Source: an uncultured Dehalococcoidia bacterium
Lineage (GTDB): Bacteria > Chloroflexota > Dehalococcoidia > Lucifugimonadales > UBA3495
Length of the DNA: 22,258 bases
Assembly (NCBI GenBank): GCA_950072105.1
Contig: CATMOE010000058.1
Coordinates: forward strand, 1 to 22,258
Direction: 5' to 3'
Shown: positions 1 to 8,502 of the stretch, one piece after another
Layout: each line of letters starts with the position of its first letter
How positions within the stretch are numbered: position 1 is the first letter of the stretch
The notes under the pieces: model-generated
The model's input: the letters and a program-made list of their open reading frames with translations, nothing else
Database searches by the model: none
Told to the model about the DNA's origin: nothing
Program-made: the position numbers and the translations under genes

Positions 1-336
1 GATAAGCCACGGCCCTTCCACACGGTGCCGTAGGATCACTTTGCCCGACTTTCGTCCCTGCTCGACTTGTAGGTCTTACAGTCAAGCCCCCTTATGCCAA
101 TGCGTTCTTAGGACGATTTCCATCCGTCCTGAGGGGACCTTTGGGCGCCTCCGTTACATTTTAGGAGGCAACCGCCCCAGTTAAACTGCCCACCAGGCAC
201 TGTCCCCCAGTTTTGCTGAGGTTAGAACCAAAAACAGCCAAGGGTGGTATTTCAACGGCGGCTCCACCCCAACTAGCGTCGGGGTTTCATAGCCTCCCAC
301 CTATCCTACACATGACAGCTCCCAGCCCAATACCAG

Positions 337-372
<36 letters not shown>

Positions 373-497
373 CGCGGGTCGCCCGCGTCTTCACGGGCAC
401 CGCAATTTCACCGAGCCCTCCGTCGAGACAATGGCCAAGTCGTTCAACCATTCATGCGGGTCGGAACTTACCCGACAAGGGACTTCGCTACCTTAGG

Positions 498-898
498 CAT
501 TTTGTTACTCATCAAACTTCTCCATTGGTCCCATCCCTTGTTAAAGGGGGAGGTTAGGATGGGGTAGTTAGACGGGGCCGGACATTTCTGCCGGCCTCTG
601 CATGTCGCCATACAGATCGGACCATATCTTCCCCACGTTCCGACAGGGGTCTGGCGTATGGTCTCTGAGGATTCCAGGGAGGTCCGCGCTTCCCCATGGA
701 CATGGGTTAGCGTTTCTTCTCCGAGGCCTTTCCTGCTGATTGTCCGCACCGGACGCATTATTACCGATCAACCCAGATTAGGATGACTTGGTAGCGCCGG
801 ATACTCGGAGTTTCCAGCATATAGCCAGATTTTATAACGGCCTTGGTCAGCCTTTGAGGCCGAGGCTTGCGCCGGGGCCTGGTTGGACTAACCGGTTG
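498..898 (-). mobile_element. Group I self-splicing intron (IB-like, no homing endonuclease ORF) inserted after 23S U1923
   Basis: Splits the conserved AACGGU|CCUAAGG. The exon ends in U (899) and the intron ends in omega-G (498). Core elements: P AUGCUGGAAA (811-820), Q AAUCAGCAGG (732-741), R UCAGAGACCAUA (657-668), S AAGAUAUGGUCC (619-630). P3 is UCUGGC/GCCAGA, P7 is GACCA/UGGUC, and P9 is CUGUAUG-GCGA-CAUGCAG. The IGS GCCGUUA (835-841) pairs with exon UAACGGU, giving the G-U pair at the splice site. Confidence 0.96.
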
Positions 899-952
899 AC
901 CGTTAGAGTTACGGCCGCCGTTCACCGGGGCTTCAGTTCGCAGCTCTCACCG

Positions 953-996
<44 letters not shown>

Positions 997-1646
997 GTAG
1001 GGTTTCCCCTTAGCACAGACCTGTGTTTTTGTTAAACAGTCGCCCGGCCTTCTTCTCTGCGCCCCCAGAGCGCTTCACCAGCTAGTGGCTTCACCCACCG
1101 GGGGGCCCTTTCTCCCAAAGTTACAGGGCTCTTTTGTCTAGTTCCTTAACGGAGGTTAGCTCGAACGCCTTAGGACTTTTATCCTTGCCCACCAGTGGCG
1201 GTTTGCGGTACGGTCGCCCCTGCTCCATAACTACGAAGCTTTTCTCGTCGGTTTGGGATCAGCAGAGTTTCGTATCTCGAAAGATCGATTCCCTCCTCTC
1301 TCGGCTCGTAACGATGGAGTGGATTTGCCTGCCCCATCTTGGCCTACGGAGAAGAACACACCATGTCCAATAGGCATGCCCTACCTACCCTTCCGCACCC
1401 CTCCTTAGTTTTAAAGCGAAACAACGGCGGTGCAGGAATATTAACCTGCTGTCCATCGCCTTCGGCTCTTGCCTACGGCTTAGGACCGACTAACCCTACG
1501 CCGATAAACGTTGCGTAGGAAACCTTGGGCTTTCGGCGCCAGGGATTTTCACCCTAGTTTACGTTACTCATTCCAGGATTCTCACTTCCCCGCGCTCCAG
1601 TCAGCCTCACGATTGACCTTCATCGCCCGAGGAACGCTCCCCTACC

Positions 1647-1807
1647 ATACCCAGGCATGATTCAGAGGATCTGACCCTTTTCCCGCCGGATTCACCGCCG
1701 GGAGCCCTTTGGCCGTTCCGCTCCAACCGAAGTCGGAGTTTCCCGATCATTGGATTCCCGGTAGATCCACCATTGGGAGCAAGATTTTAGCCTCTGTACC
1801 TGAACAT
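1647..1807 (-). other. Structured insertion (intervening sequence or expansion segment) in 23S helix 45
   Basis: There are 163 nt between the conserved flanks CCGAAGCCGU and GGUAGGGGAGCGUUCC, versus about 24 nt in E. coli. The insert is closed by AUGUUCAGGUA/UGCCUGGGUAU and CAGAGG/CCUCUG stems. Internal hairpins include CUCCGAC-UUCG-GUUGGAG (1721-1738). It has no credible ORF. Confidence 0.88.
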
Positions 1808-1889
1808 TCACGGCTTCGGCGGCAAGCTTGAGCCCCGTTACATTTTCGGCGCGAAACCCCTCGACCAGTGGGCTGTTACGCACTCTTTA

Positions 1890-1920
<31 letters not shown>

Positions 1921-2493
1921 TTGTCTGGGGAATCTCACTTCCTTTGCCACTTAGCTTGCACTTGGGGGCCTTAGCCGGTGATCTGGGCTGTTTCCCTTTC
2001 GACTACCGCACTTATCTGTGGCAGTCTCACTCCCGGGTATCGGATAGACGGCATTGGTGGTTTGATTGGGTTTGGTAAGCTCACGCCCCCTAGCCCATTC
2101 AGTGCCCTACCTCCGTCCACCTAGTTCCCGAGGCTGCACCTAAATGCATTTCGGGGAGAACTAGCTATTTCCGAGTTCGATTGGCATTTCACCTCTACCC
2201 ACAGCTCATCCCAAGCTTTTGTACCAGCCACGGGTTCGGTCCTCCAGTTCGCGTTAACGAACCTTCAACCTGGCCATGGGTAGCTCACCCGGTTTCGAGT
2301 CTAATATATGGAACTAAGCGCCCTATTCAGACTCGCTTTCGCTACGGCTCCGGAACTACAGTTCCTTAACCTCGCTCCACACATTAAGTCCCTGGATCAT
2401 TCTTCAATAGGCACGCCGCCACCCCTTCCAATAAAAGAAGAGGCTACGACCTTCTGTAGGCTTACGGTTTCAGATCTATTTCACTCCCCGCTA

Positions 2494-2527
<34 letters not shown>

Positions 2528-3263
2528 ACGCTATCGGTGACCAAGGGTATTTAGCCTTGGAGGGTGGTCCCCCCAGATTCCCACAAGGTTTCCCGTGCCC
2601 CGTGGTACTCAGGGTATGCGCTAGGAGTCTTGTCCCTTTCGTCTACGGGGCTTTCACCCTCTATGACGGTCCTTCCCAGGTGCCTTCGACTAGAGACAAG
2701 ATTTGTAACTCCTTCAGGTCTGGCGAGGCGACCTAAAACGCGCCCTACAACCCCGATACGACATAGGACCTCACTCCACTAAGTCGTACTGGTTTAGGCT
2801 ATTCCCCGTTCGTTCGCCACTACTAGGGGAATCTCGGTTGATTTCTTTTCCTCGGGGTACTTAGATGTTTCAGTTCCCCCGCTTACCTTCCCGATACAAA
2901 ACCGGGATAATCCGACTCAACACCGGATTAGGTTACCCCATTCGGGTATCCCCGACTATGCCTGCTAGACGGCTCATCGAGGCTTAACGCAGCCTTGCCG
3001 CGCCCTTCATCGGCCCTTGGTCCCAAGGCATCCACCGTAAGCCCTTAATAACTTGACCCACGCTAGGAACTTCAAACTTAATACTTTGTTCTTCGCAGGA
3101 TTCTCGCTTCCTATTCTTTTGTTAATGTGCGGGCAAGAGAAACGGCGGCTGGGGTTTACCCCGAACCGCCGTCCAGGCTATCCCAACTCTATTGTCTTTT
3201 TCAGGTGACTCGCATCAACTGCAAACAACCTTCCGCCAACAAGTATCCTCTTGCGGACTTACG

Positions 3264-3292
3264 ATTATACGGGCGGCATGCCTCCCAGTCAA
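3264..3292 (-). promoter_or_regulatory. sigma70-type promoter of the 23S gene
   Basis: TTGACT (3292-3287), 17 nt, then TATAAT (3269-3264), about 200 nt upstream of the 23S 5' end. Confidence 0.85.
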
Positions 3293-3332
3293 GGGTCTAT
3301 GCACGGAGTTAACCAGATTGACTAAAACTCGG

Positions 3333-4187
3333 TTACCGCCCCTTGAACTCCGGCCGGCGTTTTTCCAGGAATGCCTGGACCGCCTCTTTGTGGTCCTCCG
3401 TCGACCGGGCCTGGTCCTGGGCCACGTGGGCCAGATGTAGACTGTCTTTTAGGCTCATGTCCAGGCTCTGGTGCACCAGGTATTTAATCATGGCCAAGCT
3501 CTGGGTGGGCCCTTGGGCCAAGCGGGTCGCTAGTTCCATCGAGGCTTCTTCGATGGCGTCGTCGGCGACTACTTTGCTCACCAGACCCAACCGATAGGCT
3601 TCATTGCCGTCGATGCGGTCCCCGGTGTATTGCAGAAGCAGGGTGTTGCTCAAACCGATCAACCGGGGCAACTGCCAGCAGCTACCGTCGCCCGGTATAA
3701 GCCCCATGCGCACGAAGGCTTCGGAGAACTGGGCCTTTTCGGCGGCGATACGGATGTCGCAGCCCAGGGCTATACCCATACCGACTCCCATGGCGTGGCC
3801 GTTAACCGCGGCTATCGATGGTTTCTGCAGCTCGTGGAGCCGCAGGGGCACCATTGCGGCGCCGACGGCCTCGGACGTGGATCTCTTGGCAAACCGGCTC
3901 TCCATCCTCCCCCAGGGCAAGGGGGCCGGGTCCGCGCCGGTGTTGGACTTTTCGTCCCGGTCCTGGATCCGCTGGTTGAAGCCACGAACGTTCGCCCCGG
4001 AGCAGAACGACGGCTCGGTGCCCGTGAGCAACAACACCCTTTGTTCCGGGTTGTCCTCAAACTGGTCCAGGGCTTGCAGGAGCTCTTGGGCCATCTCAGC
4101 GCCCATTGCGTTCCGGGTAGACGGGTCGTGCATGGTGATTATAAAAACCCCGTCCCTGGTTTCTGTCTTGATGAACTGATTATCCAT
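3333..4187 (-). CDS. Enoyl-CoA hydratase/isomerase (crotonase family, PaaG-like)
   Basis: Motifs FCSGAN, KPSIAAVNGHAMGVG, ALGCDIRIA, GLIP and C-terminal AFLEKRRPEFKGR. Start moved to the ATG at 4187, which follows GGAGG. Confidence 0.92.
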   Translation of the reverse strand: MDNQFIKTETRDGVFIITMHDPSTRNAMGAEMAQELLQALDQFEDNPEQRVLLLTGTEPSFCSGANVRGFNQRIQDRDEKSNTGADPAPLPWGRMESRFAKRSTSEAVGAAMVPLRLHELQKPSIAAVNGHAMGVGMGIALGCDIRIAAEKAQFSEAFVRMGLIPGDGSCWQLPRLIGLSNTLLLQYTGDRIDGNEAYRLGLVSKVVADDAIEEASMELATRLAQGPTQSLAMIKYLVHQSLDMSLKDSLHLAHVAQDQARSTEDHKEAVQAFLEKRRPEFKGR

Positions 4188-4357
4188 CGTCGCCTCCAAT
4201 TGAGAGGTTATCTGTCAACTAGCCCAGTGGCAGTTCACGCATGTTGCCGCTATAATTCGGTGAGTTAAGAGCGCAACACAGTGTTAGTCTTTGAAGCCGT
4301 TCGGGGCCACAGATTAGCACAAGAGCGGAGACCAGACAACTTAGGAGGCAGGCCAAG

Positions 4358-4786
4358 ATGCAACAGGGTAGCATCGTCAACATCCACATCGCCAGGGTCA
4401 AGGGCACACCCTCAAACTCAGTGCAAGAAGCCAACGCAATCTCCGGAATGGGGTTGGAAGGCGACCGTAGCTGTGCGAAAGGGAATATGCGCCAGGTGCT
4501 GTTGATGGACAAAGAAACTCTGGACGAATTTGAGTTGGAGCCGGGTCAGATCAAAGAGAACATTACGACCACCGGCGTAGATATGTCCCAGACGCAGCCC
4601 GGCCAAGTGTTCTTTATCGGCGACACGATAACCATGGAGATCGTCGGCGAGTGCGAGCCTTGCGGCAAGATGAACGCCCTTCAACCGGGGCTACTGGACA
4701 AAATAAATCACCGCCGAGGAATGCTCGCCATGGTAATCAACGGCGGCTCCTTCAAGGTTGGCGACTCGATACGCTTGGATTCCTAG
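4358..4786 (+). CDS. MOSC domain-containing protein (YiiM/YuaD-like)
   Basis: Motifs GLEGDR, RQVLL, ENITTTG, CEPCGKM and RGMLAMVINGG. AGGAGG RBS upstream. Confidence 0.9.
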   Translation: MQQGSIVNIHIARVKGTPSNSVQEANAISGMGLEGDRSCAKGNMRQVLLMDKETLDEFELEPGQIKENITTTGVDMSQTQPGQVFFIGDTITMEIVGECEPCGKMNALQPGLLDKINHRRGMLAMVINGGSFKVGDSIRLDS

Positions 4787-4820
4787 ATCGCCGGGTGAGT
4801 TCCCTCAAAAGAGCGGTAAC

Positions 4821-4857
4821 AAAAAGGCGGGAGGTTAAAGGCCTCCCGCCTTCTCTT
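4821..4857. terminator. Bidirectional intrinsic terminator between convergent genes
   Basis: AAGGCGGGAGG-7 nt-CCTCCCGCCTT, with an A-run on the left and a pyrimidine run on the right. Confidence 0.8.
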
Positions 4858-4902
4858 ATTGTGCCCATTCTTCCGGTAAGTGGAATCTTGCCTGTAATTG
4901 CC

Positions 4903-5480
4903 TTACGGCGTGCGTCCGGACATGCCCAGTAGCTTGTCCTGAATGCTGGCAGTGATCGGCACTTGTATCTCCGATCCAAAGAAGCCGCCCTGCCGGGCCC
5001 CTTCTATAGCCTGGGACAAGAACCCATAACACGCTTCCGCCAAGGCGGAGTCCATGTCGGTATTCTGGCCTGTTGCCGTGGACAGGTCCCAATTGTGGAT
5101 AACAATGTCTCCCATGGGAATCATGAGGAAACCGCCCGCGGGCATCGGACCGAAGGGCGTCTCCACCGTGGATGACATATCCATGGACTTGGCGGTGGCC
5201 AGCACTGCGGCGGTATTGGCCCGGAAAACGGCCTCCGCGCCTTCGGTCGGTATCGGATCCGCCACCGAGAACATCTCACCAGGATCCCCGGGGCCCCGTT
5301 CAATACGCTGTTGGCGAACACCGCGACCCTGAGGTTATGGTTGATCAACGACTGAACGTTCCATTCGCTACAGGGAGTAGACGAACTCAATTGATCAGCC
5401 TTGATGCTAGCCAACTTAGGCAGCATCAGTTGAATCGCAGCTTCGTAAGCATCGATTGGATTCGGACCTTGTTGAGCCAT
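4903..5480 (-). pseudogene. TIGR03086 / MDMPI_N (DinB-like) metal-binding protein, split by a 1-nt frameshift near 5286-5297 (pseudogene or sequencing error)
   Basis: The N-terminal half (ORF 5121-5480) has TPCSEWNVQSLINH. The C-terminal half (ORF 4903-5274) has TPFG, DIVIHNWDL and DKLLGMSGR. Adding one base in GGGGCCCCGGGG joins them into a 192-aa protein. Confidence 0.82.
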
Positions 5481-5620
5481 GGGTTATCTCTTTCTACGCC
5501 GCCGGTGACGGCCTTTTAGTAAATTTTGCCGGGCAGTTTCTGCCCAATGTACGTATCGACGTGGCTCCTAGCCGCAATTTGCCGCCCGGATTGTCCCACG
5601 GGCTCATAACTTGAGAGCGG

Positions 5621-5650
5621 ATTGTATGGGCAAGGTCCATCCTGCGTCAA
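5621..5650 (-). promoter_or_regulatory. sigma70-type promoter for the TIGR03086-like gene
   Basis: TTGACG, 18 nt, TACAAT. Confidence 0.6.
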
Positions 5651-5697
5651 CCCATAGTTCGTTCTTCTACGTCCTTTACCCGTCTCCAGCCCGGCTG

Positions 5698-7056
5698 TTA
5701 ACTCAGTGTTCTCGCAACAGTGCCGGACACATCGGTCACCTGTAGGATATCCGACCAGGCGTTGACCGCGTCTTCCACGCCTTCTTGAGATAGCACCAAC
5801 GCCACATTCTCCTGGAACTTAGCTTTGATGTTTTCAAAGCCCCACGGGTTTTTCTGGCTGCCCAGGATGTCGGCCCTGGCAGTAACGTGCTCGAACACCC
5901 GGCCATCTTTCAACGTGATCTTGATCTTATGTCCGTCATCGGACCTGGTCAGCATCTCCTCGGATTTGGCCATGACCCTGGTCCGCACTTTGCCCATGGT
6001 TTCGTTGATGGTGGGGTCGGCTATTTTTTCTTGAGTGAAAGTGTCCACAGCAATTTCCCCGTCCACCAGGGCCGCCGCGACGTTAAACTTGGCGCTGAAT
6101 TTCCCCTTAAGTTCGTCGTCAGGGTCCTGGTAAAGCATCACCACCGAGTAATACGACTGGTCGACCTCGGCCGAGGCCACGTCTTCGTAGGTGAAATCGT
6201 TGTCTCGCATCAGGCTGAACAGGCTATCCAACATGGCGTGATTGCCACCGCAGCAGGGATACTTCTTAATCATCAAAGCGTCCTGAACCCGGTAAGGCTT
6301 ACCCAGGTTTTCCGCCATCTCATCCAAGTCGTAGATGCCCTCTCCCAGAACGGTGGTAGCGAAACCGAAGGGATGCTCAATGATCTGCTCTCCGGCAGTC
6401 AATCCCCGCTGAGCGAGTTGGGCCGCGGTCACGCCATCCCGGCAGGTCAGGCCGGCGTGCAACGGCTTGGTCATGGTGCCGAAGTTGTGGATCAACCCGC
6501 TGGCCATGGACCCAGCCATGCCCAGCGCCATGACGGTCTGTCCATGGTCTAGCTTCATCAGCTTGGCGCAGGCGGCGGTGCAGGCCAACCGGCCGATGAC
6601 CGCGGTACTGTGGAACCCCTTGTCCATCTGCTTGTATTTGGTGGCATGTTGCAGCGCCAGCCCAACCTCGCACCCGATCACATAGGCTTCCAGCAGATCT
6701 CGTCCGGTAGCTCCCGAGTGCTCTCCGATCGCCAGTAGAGCGGGGAAAATAGCGACAGTGGGATGGCCGAATCCGCCAAAATCGTCGTAGTCCAGGGCAT
6801 GGCCCATGGTCCCGTTGGCCAAGGCCGCGTTGGCTACGGAGCTTTGAGATCCCGACGAAAGCACCGTAGCTTGAGGCGCCGCCCCTTGATCGGCGACATA
6901 TTTCTTGATGATGTCACCCACCGGCTGGGCTGAACCCGCCAGGATAACCCCAATGACGTCGAAGCATGACTCATTGGCCACCCGGATAGCGTCGGGCGGT
7001 ATGTCCTCGTACGTTGTGTTGACGATCCACTTGGCGATTGTATCTGTCGCGCCCAT
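5698..7056 (-). CDS. MmgE/PrpD family protein
   Basis: Motifs AALANGTMGHALDYDD, GHPT, GFHST, TKPLHAG, KKYPCC and KFSAKF. GGAGG RBS upstream. Confidence 0.93.
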   Translation of the reverse strand: MGATDTIAKWIVNTTYEDIPPDAIRVANESCFDVIGVILAGSAQPVGDIIKKYVADQGAAPQATVLSSGSQSSVANAALANGTMGHALDYDDFGGFGHPTVAIFPALLAIGEHSGATGRDLLEAYVIGCEVGLALQHATKYKQMDKGFHSTAVIGRLACTAACAKLMKLDHGQTVMALGMAGSMASGLIHNFGTMTKPLHAGLTCRDGVTAAQLAQRGLTAGEQIIEHPFGFATTVLGEGIYDLDEMAENLGKPYRVQDALMIKKYPCCGGNHAMLDSLFSLMRDNDFTYEDVASAEVDQSYYSVVMLYQDPDDELKGKFSAKFNVAAALVDGEIAVDTFTQEKIADPTINETMGKVRTRVMAKSEEMLTRSDDGHKIKITLKDGRVFEHVTARADILGSQKNPWGFENIKAKFQENVALVLSQEGVEDAVNAWSDILQVTDVSGTVARTLS

Positions 7057-7121
7057 CTACTTGCCTCCGTAAACTCAGAATCTGTGCCAAGATTCTCTTG
7101 GTTTTAAGGAACTTCGCGCCC

Positions 7122-7149
7122 ATTATATACCTGGCAGTGGCGACGGCAA
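7122..7149 (-). promoter_or_regulatory. Possible sigma70 promoter for the MmgE/PrpD gene
   Basis: TTGCCG, 16 nt, TATAAT. Confidence 0.45.
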
Positions 7150-7312
7150 GACAGGTATTTGGAATAAAAACCCGGCCTAGATATCTATACTCGTCGACCT
7201 GTGAAAGACATATAATTGTGAAACTATCCTCGGAAATGCCGAGAAGAATCGCCGCTGTCCCTGCTTCGGAACCTTTACGGGGTGGAAAATCGAAATTGGA
7301 TAAACTGACCAT

Positions 7313-8497
7313 ATGACTACAACAACCGAAGCCGTAATTATCGGCGGCGGGGTGATGGGTTGCAGCATACTGTTCAACCTGGCCGCCCGCGGATTGACCA
7401 ACTCGATATTGTTGGAGCGTGAGTCGCTGGGCTCCGGTTCCACCGGCCGCTCTTCCGGGGCCGTGCGGATGCACTACTCCAACGAAGTCCACGCCCGGAT
7501 GGCCTGGCAAAGCCTGGAGATATTCCGCAACTTCGATCAGGTTATCGGCGGCAGCGTAGAGAACCAGGCTGCCTTCGTGGAAACCGGGTACCTGATCTTC
7601 TCCGGCAACGATGACGTGGACGCCTTCCACGCCAATGTGGCCATGCATCAGCGGGTTGGCATTAAATCCAGCGTCATCAGCCGGGAGGACGCCGCCGAGA
7701 TCGCCCCCGCCTTCAACTTAGAAGATTGCGCCGCCATCGCCTATGAACCCATGTCGGGACACGCTGATCCTTCAGGCGTCGCCGCCGCCTATGCCTCCCG
7801 GGCCCGTGAGTTGGGCGCCCAAATAAGGCTACAGTCTCCAGCCACCACTGTGGAGATTTCTTCTGGGAAAGTAACCGCGGTGATCACCGCCGGAGAGCGC
7901 ATCGAAACACCCATGGCCGTAGTGGCCACCGGTCCCTGGAGCCGGCGCTTCCTACTTCAGCACGGAATAGACCTGCCACTGGAGGCCACCCGGCACGAGG
8001 TGATACACCTTAAACGCCCAGTAGACAAGCTTCCCTACCATCCCGGCGGTGCGGATATTGCCAACCTGATCTACTTCCGCCCGGAAGGCGCAGACCTAAC
8101 TCTGGTGGGCAACGGCAACATTGAGCAAGTGGTGGATGATCCGGAGATATACGCCGCCAGGCCCAGCCAGAGCTTCATTCAAGAAGTGTGGAGCCGGCTG
8201 GTTCGCCGGATTCCAGTCATGGAAGAAGCCGAATTCAGCACCGGCTATGCCGGACTGTACACGTCCACTCCGGACTCTCATCCCATCATTGACCGGGTAG
8301 ACGGAATCGATGGCCTGTACATCTGCACTGGGTTCAGCGGCCACGGGTTCAAACTATCTCCCATGGTGGGTGTGCTGATGGCCGAACTGATGCTGGACGG
8401 CCGGGCCACCACCATAGACATCTCTCCCCTGCGCATGTCCCGGTTTCGTGAGGGAGATTTGAACAGTCCAAGCTACGGGTTCAAAGTGCTGGTTTAA
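7313..8497 (+). CDS. FAD-dependent oxidoreductase (DAO / sarcosine oxidase beta-like)
   Basis: Rossmann motif IIGGGVMG, plus GSTGRSSG, TPDSHPII and GFSGHGFKLSPMVG. Confidence 0.92.
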   Translation: MTTTTEAVIIGGGVMGCSILFNLAARGLTNSILLERESLGSGSTGRSSGAVRMHYSNEVHARMAWQSLEIFRNFDQVIGGSVENQAAFVETGYLIFSGNDDVDAFHANVAMHQRVGIKSSVISREDAAEIAPAFNLEDCAAIAYEPMSGHADPSGVAAAYASRARELGAQIRLQSPATTVEISSGKVTAVITAGERIETPMAVVATGPWSRRFLLQHGIDLPLEATRHEVIHLKRPVDKLPYHPGGADIANLIYFRPEGADLTLVGNGNIEQVVDDPEIYAARPSQSFIQEVWSRLVRRIPVMEEAEFSTGYAGLYTSTPDSHPIIDRVDGIDGLYICTGFSGHGFKLSPMVGVLMAELMLDGRATTIDISPLRMSRFREGDLNSPSYGFKVLV

Positions 8498-8502
8498 GAG
8501 GT

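Noticed and set aside
468..771. Minus-strand ORFs 468-758 and 568-771 as a possible intron homing endonuclease
   Set aside because: There is no LAGLIDADG, GIY-YIG or HNH motif. The ORFs run through the catalytic core, and one crosses the 3' splice site, instead of sitting in a loop.
1647..1807. H45 insertion as a second group I or group II intron, or a tRNA
   Set aside because: No P/Q/R/S elements, no GUGYG...AY ends or domain V, and no T-loop or anticodon-arm cloverleaf.
3059..3260. Spacer tRNA-Ile/Ala upstream of the 23S
   Set aside because: GGTTCG occurs only inside a simple hairpin, and no cloverleaf can be built.
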